Part shown: positions 39,201 through 56,213 of the stretch, piece by piece
Layout: every line of letters starts with the position of its first letter
Position numbering within the stretch: the first letter of the stretch is position 1
Assembly: GCA_021613535.1 (NCBI GenBank)
Contig: CP075497.1
Span: 6,572,001 to 6,636,000 of the forward strand
DNA: 64,000 bases
Direction: 5' to 3'
Source of the DNA: Adineta vaga
Lineage: Eukaryota > Animalia > Rotifera
Notes under the pieces: model-generated
Databases searched by the model: none
What the model was told of the DNA's origin: nothing
The model's input: only the letters and a program-made list of their open reading frames with translations
Program-made: the position numbers and the translations under genes

Positions 39201-42200
39201 TTCAAAACTGTCAAACCAAAACGAGATCGATATGAAGCAGCTATGGCTGAATTAAATGAAAAACGAGCACAAATTGCTGATGCTGAACGACAAATTCAAG
39301 AAGCTCAAAAACGTCTTGATGAATTACGAGCCAATTATGAAAAACAAATGGCTGAAAAAGAACAATTACGCCGCGATTGTGAACATATGCAAATGATGTT
39401 AGACAAAGCATCTCGTTTAATCAATGGTCTTGCTAGTGAAAAAGTTCGTTGGGAAGCGACTGTTGCCGATCTTCAACAACAAATAAGTTATGTTACAGGT
39501 GATTGTTTATTAGCTGCTGCTTTTCTCTCCTATATGGGTCCATTTCTTTCACAATATCGTGATCGTATGATGAATGAAATATGGTTCAAAGAAATTCGAA
39601 AATTAACTATACCATGCAATCCAGATTTTAATTTTGCAAGTTTCTTATCAATACCAACACAAGTACGAGATTGGAATACAAGGTTTACCATCAGATACAT
39701 TTTCAACTGAAAATGGTGTTATTGTTACACGTGGTATACGTTGGCCATTGTAAGTTTTTGAGAAAATGGAAATGATTTTTAAATCCGATCATATTTTATT
39801 ATTTTAGAATGATTGATCCTCAAGCACAAGCAATTAAATGGATTAAAAATATGGAATTGACAAATAATTTATGTATAATTGATCTTCAAACACATGATTA
39901 TATGCGAATTGTAGAAGAATGTATACGCGCAGGTCGTCCATGTCTTTGTCAAAATGTAAAGGAAGAACTTGATCCATCACTTGATCCCGTTTTAACTCGT
40001 GCAGTTAAACGTATTGGTGGTGTTGATATATTGAAATTAGGTGAACGAGAAGTCGAATATCATAAAGATTTTCGATTTTATATGACAACAAAATTACCGA
40101 ATCCACTCTATGCTCCTGAAATATCGTCAAAAGCAAATATTATTAATTTTGCTGTCAAAGAACAAGGTTTAGAATCGCAATTACTTGGTATTGTTGTAAG
40201 AGAAGAAAAACCTGAATTAGAAGCTGATAAAGATCGATTAGTTCGTGGTATTGCCAAGGGTAAAAAGAGTCTATTGGAACTTGAAGATCAATTACTACGC
40301 TTACTGAATGAAACGAAAGGTTCATTATTAGAAAATGATGAATTATTATCGACATTAGAAATATCAAAACAAACAGCGAAGACTGTTCAAGAACAACTGA
40401 TTACATCAGAAGCAACTGAAAAAGATATTGATGCTGCTCGAGAAGTAAATATCTGATGAGTGAAGAAAGAAAACAAGAACGAATTAACGTTTATTATTTC
40501 ATTTTTCTTTAGAATTATCGACCATGTGCTGAACGGGCATCGATTCTATTCTTTGTTCTTAATGATTTGGGTAAAATCGATCCAATGTATCAATTTTCAT
40601 TAGATGCTTATATTGATTTATTCAATATTTCAATTAAAAAAAGTCCAAGATCAACTAAACTTGAAGAACGTTTAAATAAATTAAATGATTTTCATACATA
40701 TGCTGTTTATAAGTAATTATTAGTTAATAATTGATAGATAATATATGTTTTTTTTATTCGTCTGTCTATTCAGATATACATGCCGTGGTCTATTTGAAAC
40801 ACATAAATTACTCTTTTCATTTCAAATGTGTGTGAAAATTCTTGAAGCTGCTGGTAAAATAAATATGGATGAATATCAATTTTTCTTACGTGGTGGTATT
40901 GTAAGTAGTTTATTCGAAAAATAAAATCGATTCGTTGATAGAGAAATGATCTATTTTAGGTTCTTGATCGTGAATCTCAAATGGATAATCCCAATCCTCA
41001 ATGGTTAGCTGATTCGTCTTGGGATAATATAACTGAATTAGCTAAATTAGCAAATTTTCATGGTATTATCGAATCTTTTGAACAATATCCACGAGATTGG
41101 CATCAATGGTTTCAAGCAGGTGAACCAGAAAATACAGCAATGCCAGGCGAATGGGATTCTGTCAATGAATTACAGAAAATGTTAATTGTTCGAAGTTTAC
41201 GTTCAGATCGTGTACCATTCTGTGTACAGAAATTTATTGTGAATAACTTAGGATCGAAATTCGTTGAACCACCAATTCTTGATTTGAATGCTGTTTTTGA
41301 AGATTCCACACCAAAATCACCAATTATCTTCGTTTTATCACCTGGTGTCGATCCATCTGGTAGTTTAACAACTTTAGCTGAAAAATTGGATTTTAAAGCG
41401 AACTTCTTACCATTATCTCTTGGTCAAGGACAAGCACCTATTGCTACAAAGAATATTGCTGAAGGTGTTCGTATGGTAAGACATTTTCTCCATATAAACA
41501 TAAGATTTCGAAGACAAATGAAAACTTTTTCTTCTAGGGTCGTTGGATATTTCTTGCTAATTGTCATTTATCTCTATCATGGATGCCTGATCTTGAAAAA
41601 ATTGTTGAAAATCTTTCAGTAGAAAAAGTTCATCCACAATTTCGTCTTTGGTTATCTTCATCACCATCTCCACAATTTCCAATTTCAATTCTTCAATCTG
41701 GTATTAAAATTACCACTGAACCACCGAAAGGTATCAAATCGAATATGAAACGTCTCTATGGTTTAATCGATGAACAAGATTTTGCTGAAAAAAATCGCCA
41801 ACCTCATCCAGAAAAATACAAACGTCTTCTCTTCTGTCTTTGTTTCTTTCATTCATTATTATTAGAACGAAAGAAATTCCTTCAACTTGGTTTCAATATC
41901 AATTATTCATTTAATGATTCAGATTTTGAAACATCAAATTTAATTATGGGCAATCTTCTCCGTGATAATGATATAACACCCTGGAAAGCAATGAAATTTA
42001 TTATAGCAAAAATTAATTATGGCGGTCACGTTACAGATACACGTGATATGCGTGTTTTGAATACATACATTGAAGATTTATTCAAAGATGAAATAATTGA
42101 TCCAACAATGCAATATTATAAATTAACAAAACTACCGAATTATTATGTACCACGTGATGGATCATTGAATGAATATAAGAATGCAGTTGCTACTGTTTTA

Positions 42201-43262
42201 CCAAATATAGATCATCCGGAAGCATTTGGTCAACATACTAATGCTGAAGTAGCTTCACAAATTCGTGAAGCAAGAATGTTATTCGAAACATTACTTTCTC
42301 TTCAACCTCAAGTTGTAGCAACACAAGGTAAAAAATCGACGGAAGATGAAGTTATGGAAATGTCAACACGTGTATTAGAACAATTACCTGAAAAAATTGA
42401 CTTTCAATCAACAGTTAAAATTCTTTCTGAAGATCATTCACCATTGAAAGTTGTCCTATTACAAGAAATTGAACGTTATAATCTTCTATTAGATATTATT
42501 CGACAATCATTAATTTCATTACAAAAAGGTATCAAAGGTCTTGTGGTGATGTCATCAGATTTAGAAGAAATCTTTCGATGTATTCTTGATGCACGTGTAC
42601 CAACACAATGGCAAAAAATGTATCCATCTTTGAAACCCTTAGCAGCATGGACACGTGATCTTGGTCAACGTATTGATCAATTAGCTAAATGGGCTGAAAG
42701 TACTCATGCACCAGGTGTTTTCTGGATGTCAGGATTTAGTTTTCCAACAGGTTTTCTAACAGCAGTTATGCAAACAACAGCACGTGCAACAAAAATCAGT
42801 ATCGATCGTTTAATATGGGATTTTGAAGTGATGAAAGTTGAAGATAACTATTTACAAACACCTAAAGATGGTGTTTATGTAAAAGGATTGTTTCTTGAAG
42901 GTGCTGGATGGGATAAGAAAAATGCATGTTTAATTGAAGCTGAACCGATGCAATTGGAAGTCTCTATGCCAACAATTCTATTTCGACCAGTCGAAAATAA
43001 AAAGAAATCTTTAGCAACTGAAGAAGATCGAGAACGAAAAACAGGTAATATACAAAACGAAACGAGTATGATGAGAAAAAAAAATTATTGACGTTATTCT
43101 TTTTCAGATGTTTATTCATGTCCTGTTTATTATTTTCCAAATCGAGCTGGTGGTTTTGGTCATCCATCATTTGTTGTTGAAGTTAATCTTAAAACACCAC
43201 ATTTTCCAAATAATCATTGGGTTAAACGTGGTTCTGCTTTACTGATGAATTTAGATAGATAA
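27262..43262 (+). CDS. DNAH2: Axonemal inner-arm dynein heavy chain 2 (I1/f-beta type), complete, many exons; apparent 2-nt deletion at ~39677
   Basis: P-loops GPAG|[27 protein letters not shown] and GIGGSGRQS; [10 protein letters not shown]; [14 protein letters not shown]2-type NVKATTWHE and [20 protein letters not shown]-terminal [10 protein letters not shown]. Stop at 43260-43262. Confidence 0.9.
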
Positions 43263-43490
43263 ACAGAATTACTGATAAAACAGTAATTGATATGTAAAGT
43301 CTTCTTGTTTGTATGTTTGTTTTCATTGTTTTTTATTAAGTACACATATATATACATATATACCTTTTACGCGGATATGATTTACGTATTTTGAATAATG
43401 ACGAGTATGATAAATTTAAATTCATAATCTATAATATGATTTAGAAAATGAATTGATTACTTTTCTCTCGACTTAGTGTAGATAAATTTA

Positions 43491-44691
43491 TTACGTAACA
43501 GACAAAGGAAGACCAATCCATTCAACTGTCATCCAAGTAACAAGTGGATATTCATATACATTTGCTATCATAGCTAGCTTATCAATATTACTAAGTCCAT
43601 CAATATCTTGTCTTAGAACTGCATCAAATAAAAGACGAACACGTTTTGGATTTCGTTTTTGTGTTGAATGTGACGCTGCGTAATAAAACCCACTTGTTGG
43701 CCGTTGTACACAAATATCTTTTGCTAAGAATCTTAAACCCATATCATCATCTTCACCACCCCAATTAAAATAATAATTGGAATAACCATTTAAAGTAATA
43801 AAACTTTTCGGACGAATAGCTAAAACTCCACCAACAAGAAATGAATAAATATGTGTATATGTTCCATTGATTTGAGAACGTACATTTGCTGACATATGAA
43901 TTGGATGATCAGTCACTGATAAACATGAATATAAATTTTGATTATTCTCTGGAATAAGATCAACATCTATGAGAGAGAAAAAGAAAAACATAGAGATTTT
44001 TTGACAAGAAGATATTTCTCCTACCATGAAAAATAACACATGTAGGTTTATACGTTTTCATTAAATGATGAAAAGCAAAATTATTCAATCGAGCTTTATT
44101 AAATGCACCGGACGCTTGTTGTTCGACAATGAATATTTTATAATTTATAATTCCTTGTCGATTTAAAAAAGGAATTAGGTTATATAATAAATTTCGTAAA
44201 TTTTTCTCTCGATCACGATATGGTATAACAATTGCAATTGTTTCATTTGTATATAATGAACATGTGTTCGATGGTTGCCATAATTGCACATATTTTGTTG
44301 TTGTTGATGAACGTATTTGGAAATCATCGGGTGGATTGAGATCAACTGGAATAGTTTCATTTAATTTTATATCACAAGTGGTTGATAATTGATGGATTAA
44401 TTCAGTTCGATTGAGAATACCATTTTTACCACTACAAACGACTTGATAATCAAATAATCGCCAAATTGATACAGGTAGAAGAACTTTTTCTTTTTCTAAT
44501 AAATAAGAAGATTTTTCTTTGGAAATTGAATTCATAAATTCATCCGTATTCTGATAAAATGATCTTGGATTTGTATAAATCATATTGAAAAATATGAATG
44601 ATAAGACGGCAATTATGGCTAATAAACGATATCTACTACTTGCTAAAATACGTGAATAAAAATATATTCGATCACGTTGTGAATTCATCAT
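43491..44691 (-). CDS. GT7-family beta-1,4-glycosyltransferase (likely beta-1,4-GalNAc-transferase, bre-4-like), type II membrane
   Basis: N-terminal TM helix; AIVIPYRDR, FNKARLNN, IFH|DVD (DxD motif across an intron), GGV, and NGYSNYYFNWGGEDDD. Confidence 0.88.
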
Positions 44692-47329
44692 TATATAGAT
44701 CTGTTTAAAATTGAATTTTATTTGACGAATTAATGCGTTATAAGATATAAGTGAAATCTAAAAATATGTTTTATGATGATCGTTCACGTTTTCTTCCATG
44801 ATATTAATGAACGTGTATAGCAGACGGTGAAATAAAAGAATATGATTTAATATTGACATTAGATGAAGAATAGTCTCTTGCTAACAAAGCACGCGTACAT
44901 ATATGTGTCTGTAGTTAACTCGGTAGATTTATAATAGTGAATAAAAGATAAATATGCATCTTTTCTTTCTTTCTTTCCTGTACTACTTTTCTCGGTTGTT
45001 AAATCGAAACGATAAATGACTCATTCAAAGAGATCTATTTGACTTACAGATTTAAAATAATATTTGTGTATATCAATTTAATATATGTCATAAATTGATT
45101 CATTGAATAAACTTTACTTACACCTATTTCGACGAGAGAACTTTTTTGTTTAAAACCATCATATTTATTTCCTAAAAATGTCTGAATCATTTATGATATC
45201 TATTAACAAAGAAAAACGTACGTCATTTCTTGAAAAATTGCATGAGAATCCATTTATATCACGAATAAAATACTCAAAACTATGGCAAAATTTGCAATTA
45301 TACAAAAAAGATTCTGTTCAAAATCAATGAAAAACTTCACCTACCATTTCTCAGACACTTCAAATTTCTTGTTCCTTTTTCTTCTACGTACATTATTTCA
45401 AAAAGAAACTGATCGAACATCAAATAGAAGACATATAAAAACAATGGCAAGTAGATCTGAATTACAGATACAAACATTAATCAACTTTTGAGTGTATTAT
45501 TGCATGTACAAAGTGAACAAACTTCTCCATGAGTACAGATAAAAAAAAACTCAATTATTTTAATTGAATAAAAGAGAAGTAATTCACACATGTTCTTTTT
45601 CAATACCTTTTTCTTTCTGTAAAAGAACTGGTGAAAGCTATTATTTTTTAAAGTACACTTGAAATACATTTTTTTTTAGAAATATGAATAAATAAGAGAT
45701 TCTTCTTGCAAATAGATTGCTTTGTTTTACTAGTCGGAATAAAAAAAATGAATATTTACCCTCTAGTTTTGCTAGCCAATGTTCTACGCTTCTTTTTTCC
45801 GATTTGAGAGAATGTAATGTCATTGCTTGTTAGGCAAATAAATAAAAATGTCATTCAATATTTTCAAAGATTTGTTATCGTTATCGATTACTCTATATGA
45901 GCAGATTAAATTTTCAAGAGTTCGTGAAAGATTTAATTTTACTCTTACTATGTCATGCAATGCATGCTCTCGAATAGTCAATGGATTAAAAGGATAATTT
46001 ATTCATTTTCAGAATGGAAACAGAATAGTTTCATCAAGGACTGATAAATACCATGTTAATGCGAAATAGGACATGAAGCTCCACTTAAAACTTCGATTGT
46101 TTGCTATTCTTTTTAAAGTTAATCGGTTCTGTGTTTTATTGCCTTTCAACGAGAACAGAATCTCGTGATTGCATTACATAAACTAATCAAAATGTAGGTA
46201 CAAAAAAAGGAAGAATGAGAGAAAGACGAATTCATAGGATTATAATTGACACGCCATGAAACCTTTTTTCTGAATACAAAAGAAGATATCTTTAGAATAG
46301 CTATTCAAATTATGTATTATAAAGAAAAATCTGAAAGGTATATTCGTAATCTTATCAAATAAAACAAAATTATGTTTAAGAAATATCATGATTTGAATTC
46401 AGCTTTTATTATTCGAAGAATCTCTCTTTTCTCGCGACACCTCTGAAAATGCGATCATTACATAATCCAAAATCTCTTGTAAACAATGACAAAATTGAGA
46501 GTTTTGTGTACCTATGAATACTAATTTGTTAGACTCTACGAAGTTAGCGTTGTTAAAACATATTGGACTGATGACGAGATTGTTAAAGAAACTTCACAGT
46601 TAAGTGATCACATCAAATTTAATACCGAAAATACAAGGAGAAACTCGTTGATTCATTTCTCTGCTCTATTTATAACCAGATATCTCATATTCGAGTTGAT
46701 AATGAAGAACTTGAGAATCACGATGACTACATTTAGATCGTTCACAAACAGTTTTATCAAATTGCTGTTTTTAAACCAGTTTTGAGACATCACATCAGTC
46801 GATCGACAAGATCTCGAAACCAATATTGTTGACTATACTGTCTGTTCAATGACAAGAGAACAAATGATGCCTACAAATATTCTTCAATCATTTTTTCTGG
46901 TTCTTTGTCTTTTTGACAAATATGTAGCTTGAAATATTATACATGATAAAAGATACAACTTGTAGGAGAAATGGCTCCACTAAGTCAGCATATATCGATT
47001 GTACTGTGTGCGCATATTTATTCGCGAACAGGAAGTATAGATAATACGAACAAAAAAGTTCTTTTCAGCAGTACAACTGAATAATATGAGAGATTATGCG
47101 TGACGATAACTAACGACAATTCGTTAATGTGTAATTTGAATCGAGATAAATTGTCATTCTGTGCTGTTGTTGCTGTTCTGTGTGTGTTGAGTTTTGAGAG
47201 AGAAAAAAAAATTTAAATGGACTAAAATTTGATTAGTTAAAATAGTGGCGAATAAGATACGTACAATTTATGTATGTTATGTCGACCAATATATTCATTA
47301 TTTCAAAAAAAAATCAATTTCTTTAAATC

Positions 47330-50239
<2,910 letters not shown>

Positions 50240-50388
50240 TATAGTTTTTTGTATGTGCTATATCTGTGTTATATCGATGGATTATATTTTGTTGAAAAGA
50301 TCAATCATGAAAATTAATTTCTATTTGTCAATGTTTTCCTTTTCTTGTCTTGTCTTGTCTTTTACAGATTGTAGAACAAATAATAAGA

Positions 50389-52030
50389 ATGTCTGTTGAT
50401 GTGGTACGTTTAAATAAGAATTCTAAAGAAAATTTCACGTCTTTATTCTACTCTATCTTCATTGTCAGTCAATTATCATGCCAGTAAGAAATTCTGCTCA
50501 ATGATTGGATGAAACATTTCAAAGTTTAATGGAACCAATTATTGAGAACATTGTAATTGAACTATCGATTTATAATGATGGCAGTTCAGCAAGTGATATT
50601 ATATTTGGAAATAATCAATCATATTGTTTTGATAGGATGAATCATTGAACGTTATTGAACGATGGAGAAATCGATTAGAAATGAAATATAAATTGATTAT
50701 TTGTGGACATAAAGATGAAGAAGCTCGTGGTGGTGAGAAAACTAAGCGATCATAGAGGATAATCTTTTGAAATTAATTTAAATTTAGTTGGTTATGGAAA
50801 AAACCGAGCAGTTCAAAATTCATCTGGACGATTTCTATGTTTTCAAGATGCTGTAAAGAATATCAAATTTCATTTTGCTTTCCGACGGGATAATAGATAT
50901 TTATTATTAGGATGATCTCATGTGTCCTAATCGAATTCAAAAACAATATTGTGTTGCTTTGAACCAATCAGATGATGCTATTTTGAGTAGATTTATACAG
51001 AAAATGAAGAAGATATATTGAGTAAACAGATTATCTCTCTAGTTGGATCGAAATATGAACGAATTCCAGAAGGATCAACTGATCGATATATACAATGGGC
51101 TAATAATTTAACAGAAGCACAACTTTATACACAAGTAAAATGAGAATTATTATTATTAACAAGGATATTTTCTTTAGATTTATTTAGCACATGGACCAAC
51201 TTTAATTATGCCAACATGGTTTTGTTCACGAGCGTGGTTTCATCGACTAGGTGGTTTTGATGAAATTGCTCAAGTAAATTCCATGTTCATTGAATCTTTA
51301 CATATTATTCATTTTCATAGGGTCATTGTGAAGATTTAACGTTCTTTTTTAAACATCTTCGTCATGGTAGGTGTTATTATAAATTGAAAAATAAAAATAA
51401 AAACAGGTCTTTTTTTGCATATTTATTGGTGGCCGATTGTATCGAGTAAATGAAATTCTTCTCTATTATCGATATCATCCAGAAGCAACAACATTTTCCG
51501 TTCATCAGTAAAACAAAACGAAAGAATCAATTAGTTATTTAATATGCAATGAATATTTTAAATACAAGGGATGTCATTTGGTCAGTACGTATCCAAGAAA
51601 TTCAATCCAATGTCATCGATAATCTTCAACAATTGACTATATGGAATGCTGGAAAACAAGTAAAGATTATCTTTTTTAGTTTGATATATAAATTAGTTCT
51701 TAAATTTAGGGAAGAAAATTTTACCGGTCATTGAATGATAGAAACAAACAGAAGGTTATTTGTTTTTGTGATATGGATCCAAAGAAGATAACAAAAGGTT
51801 TTTACACAGATGAATTATCTCAAATGAAAGATAAACGTCATATTCCAATCATACATTTCAGTCGCTATTCCTCCGATTATTATTTGTGTGAAATTAGTTC
51901 GTTCTTTGTCATTTTTCTAATGATCTATATTAATAATTATATTCTATAGGGTTTAACAAATAACGTTTTTGAAACAAATCTTGCTTCATTAAATCTACGT
52001 GAAGGCATTGACTATTGGCTTTTCAGTTAA
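50389..52030 (+). pseudogene. B3GNTL1: B3GNTL1/QTGAL-like GT2 glycosyltransferase with several disabling lesions as assembled
   Basis: SIIMPVRN, GYGKNRAV, CFQDA|[32 protein letters not shown] and NLASLNLREG match B3GNTL1. Lesions: in-frame TGA at 50502-50504 where Trp is expected, acceptor TG instead of AG at ~51428, and a frameshift at ~51860. Confidence 0.72.
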
Positions 52031-52226
52031 TTTTCTTTGTAATCGATATTTTTCATTTCAATAAAGAGAAAGTTTACAACTACATATATATATATATATT
52101 TGTACAAAGGGTGATAGAAGAATGTCATTGGATGACTATATATATATAAGTACATAATAACAAAAGAAAAGATAAAATTTCGATATTAAACGAATTTTTT
52201 CACAAGAAATTTCATCCTTTTAGATA

Positions 52227-53892
52227 ATGATTCGAACACAATTATTCGATTTACCCAATGAACTTTTTCTATTTATTTTTCAATATATAAATTCATCGAA
52301 ATTAATCGAACTATTATCAGATATTTCATCCGTTCGATTACAAGCATTTATTCAATCATTTATCTTAAATGTAGATATATCTCAAGAATCTGATCAATGG
52401 ATACAAACTTATCTTCCAAAATTATTTATCAATCAACATCTTACTGCACTTCGTTTACAAGATAAACATATTTCATTGATTTCAAATGATTTCTTATCAT
52501 CTAATCTCGAAACAATGCATGTAATTAGTTCAGATTGGACAACTGATCTATTAAAACAAGGATTGCATTATATTCGAGGATACTTGAAAGAACTTTCGAT
52601 TATATTTACATATCCTCATGGTAAAGGAATGTAGCAAGTGATTTATTTCGTTGTGATTCACAATTGAATTGTCTTAATATTACTGGTCGATTTATTTATT
52701 TTGATCACAATGAAATTCGTATGTGTACACAATTAACATATCTTTCGATTGAACTTGAAGGAATGTATCGAGTGTTTCTATTAATCGAAAATTTACCCAA
52801 TTTAGAAGAGTTAAAAGTAAAAGAAATTTCTTTCTTCGTTATTTAAATTTATTTGTAGGTCAAATTTCGAACAGAAGAAAGTTTAGTTCAACCGAAATTC
52901 AATTTGAAAGATGGAATTTTACAAAATAAACTTCATCGTGTTACTTTTACAGGTTCAACGAAATATTTCGATCATATCGAACAATTCTTTACTGGTAATG
53001 GGCAAAATATTGAATGTTTAACAATCAATATTGATCTAATCTATTATATAATCGATGGTAAACGTTTTGAACAGAATTTATTAACTAAAATGCCTCGGTT
53101 ATCATCATTGAATCTAATTATTCATTCGATTTTAACTTATTGTGATCCTATTGAAATTGAAACATTTCAAAGTTCATCTTGGCAAACTTTCAATCCTATT
53201 ATCTATTGGAATGATATTCATGCTCATGAACATACAATTTTTACCTTACCATATAGATGCGATCGAGTAAATTCATACGAAAAAACTCACTTTTGTCTAA
53301 TCGATGTCTTGTTTACTTTTTTTAGTTTAAGCATTTTTCAAATGATTTTCTTTCATCATGGATATCAAATCGTTCAGTTTCACTTTGTTTTGAACATGTT
53401 CGTTTACTTTCATTAATGACAACAACACCATTAACATTGGAAACTGTTCAATTTCTTGGAAAAATCTTTCCAAATTTGAAAACACTTGAATTAACAGATC
53501 CAATTCATTTACCAGGAATTGGAGATGACGATGAAAGCAATCGAAATACATTACTTATGAATAAAGAACTTCTTTCAAATCGTACTTTACAATTATTGTC
53601 AATTGAGAAATTCTGTTTTCTTTCGCGATTACAATATGATGATTCGGAAGTTTTTCATCGTTTTCTTCATCTATTACCTAATTTAATGTATTTACAAATG
53701 TATATTGGACGTTCATTATTTCGTGATTTATCAAGCCAAAAAGATAAAGATAGTTTTGTACGAAATGCATTAATGCGTATTAAATGTCTACAAATGGTTC
53801 GATTTTATGATGAGAAAAATGTTTTAAGTAATGAAGAAATTCATTGTCTCTTTCCAAACGCTCAAATTCTTTTCGATTATGATGAACTTTAG
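52227..53892 (+). CDS. F-box-like / LRR-like protein, tandem paralog 1 (1-nt deletion at ~52629 as assembled)
   Basis: N-terminal LFDLPNELFLFIFQY F-box-like motif and LPNLEEL/FPNLKTL leucine-rich repeats. Colinear with paralog 2, with the same two intron positions. Confidence 0.65.
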
Positions 53893-54152
53893 TAAATCAT
53901 GCAGTATATTTCTTTCTGTAATGTTAGTTTATAATCAATAAATCTTTCTCTGTATGTTCTTTCAATTAATTTTGATTAGATTTAACAGAAAACACTTGTT
54001 AGAAGAAAATGACGCATGACTTTGCGTCTTGTTTTATTCGTTTTAGTTGCTTCACAACAACGAACATTGAAACTCTAAAGAAAGAAAGAAAGAAAGAAAA
54101 ATCGTTTATATGCTATTTGCTTTGCTATTGGAAGGGAGTTGAGTTTTTGTCA

Positions 54153-55857
54153 ATGGCATCGAAAACAACAACACTAGATGATTTACCTAACGAGCTTTTT
54201 CTATTGATTTTTCAATATTTAACTTCGACAGAATTGTTAAATACATTTTCAAAACTACCATCACGTCGATTTCAAGCACTTCTTCGAACATTTATAACAC
54301 GATTAGATATTTCACAAGAATCAATTGAATGGATTGAAAAGCATATCGATGAATGTTTTACGAAATACAATCTTATTGCACTTCGCCTTCAGATGAAAGA
54401 TTTAGACTTCATTTCTAAATATTTATCATCAACATCGATTCAATATATTGAAATATTCAAATGGAATTTTGATTTTACTATTTCGGAAGAGATAATCACT
54501 CTTTTACGTCGAAATATGAAAAAGTTAGTATTTTTTGTACCTGAGCTCGATGAAGATGCTGATTTATTTTGCCGATTATTCCAACCAGATTCGCAATTAG
54601 AATATTTAAATATCAATGGTTGTGTTCTCTATCTATACAATGATCAAATTAAGACAAGTCCTCAATTAAAATACCTCTCAGTTGAAGTAGAAGGCATGGA
54701 ACCTGTATTTCTCTTATTGAAACATTTAATTAATCTTCAAGAAATAAAAGTTGATTAAATTTATTTGATTTTCTTATCAACATCTATTGATTGTTGTTTT
54801 CTTTTCCTATAGGTAAAAATCCGCAGTCAAGAATGTATTGGTCAAGCAGCACCTGATACAAATGGTATAAAAGCATGCCATGCACTTCGATCTGTTACAT
54901 TTACAGGATGGATTAAGAAGTTCGATCATTTAGAAAGTTTCTTTTCTACTTTTGGATCAACAATTGAATATATTTTTCTAAATATTGAATGTCGATATTA
55001 TACAATTGATGGTAGACGACTTGAACATGGTTTACTTGATAAAACGCCTAGGTTATCCTCATTAGATTTAATCATTTTCTCACCCATAGCTGATGATACT
55101 CCGATTCAAATTGAAACATTTCAAAGTTTAGCTTGGCAAAAATTTAATCCAGTAGTATATTGGATTGATTCTGTTTCGCAACAACATACAATTTTTACCT
55201 TTCCATATAAATCTAATCACGTAAGCAAATATTTGATTTCAATTGATATAATTATTGATAACGAAGTTTTCTTCTTGATAGTTTCCATATCTTTCGGCTG
55301 ATTTTTTCCCAACATGGATATCAAATCGACCCATAAAACTTTCTTTAAATCATGTTCGCACTCTTTCATTCATTCCTACAAAATCGATCAAATTAGAAAC
55401 ATGTATATTATTACAGGAAGTATTTCCAAATATCACAACAGTTGAACTAATCCCTTGGATATTTAATTCATTGATGTATGATGAAGATGAATATGAAGGC
55501 ATTACAGATTCAAAATTGTTAGCCGATGATCTTCTTGTTGATACTAATATACAATTGCCATCCGTTAGAAAATTATGTATTCGAAAATGGTCTGAAGTTG
55601 ATGATCATCGAACTTTCCAACGATTACTTCGTCTTTTTCCAAATTTGATTGATTTAGAGTTGTACGATGAACAAAATTTGTTTTCTGAACTTTTACAACA
55701 CACATATGAGGCTGATTTTGTTAAAAATGTATTGACTCGTATCAAACAATTAAAAATTGAAATGGATTGGGATATTACTGCATTAACCCATAAAGAGATC
55801 GACGTTCTTTTTCCAAATGCAGAGAAATTAATTGAGGACTACCAGTCTCTCGGATAG
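54153..55857 (+). CDS. F-box-like / LRR-like protein, tandem paralog 2
   Basis: MASKTTTLDDLPNELFLLIFQYL. Shares DSQL, IETFQS..WQ.FNP..YW, HTIFT.PY and LFPNA with paralog 1. Confidence 0.7.
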
Positions 55858-56213
55858 ATCATATGCTAGTTATTATTTTTCTGAAAACGCCCTGTCTTTT
55901 TTTGTTTGATTCCAATAAATGTCAAAATAAATTCATTTTCGCCGAAAACTCTGCAAATTGCTTTGAAATAAGATATTTTATCGTATTCGCCGTTCTGTTG
56001 ATTGTGTCGAACAGATATGTGTTATTTTTTTTCTGTAACTATAAAGAAAAAACCATGCTTACTCAGATCGAGAACACGACAGAATGACATAAAGCGTCAT
56101 AAATTTACCAACAAGAAAAGTAGAAAAGAATGAGTTGTTGACATGACGCGAGGAAGAAGCATTTTCTTTTTCACGGAATCTTTTTAAAATCGTCTATTCG
56201 ACTTTAACTCTCC

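Noticed and set aside
50502-50504. TGA as selenocysteine or a variant genetic code
   Set aside because: The aligned residue is Trp, not Cys. TGG encodes Trp throughout the window, and TGA ends other genes (Smad, PARG3).
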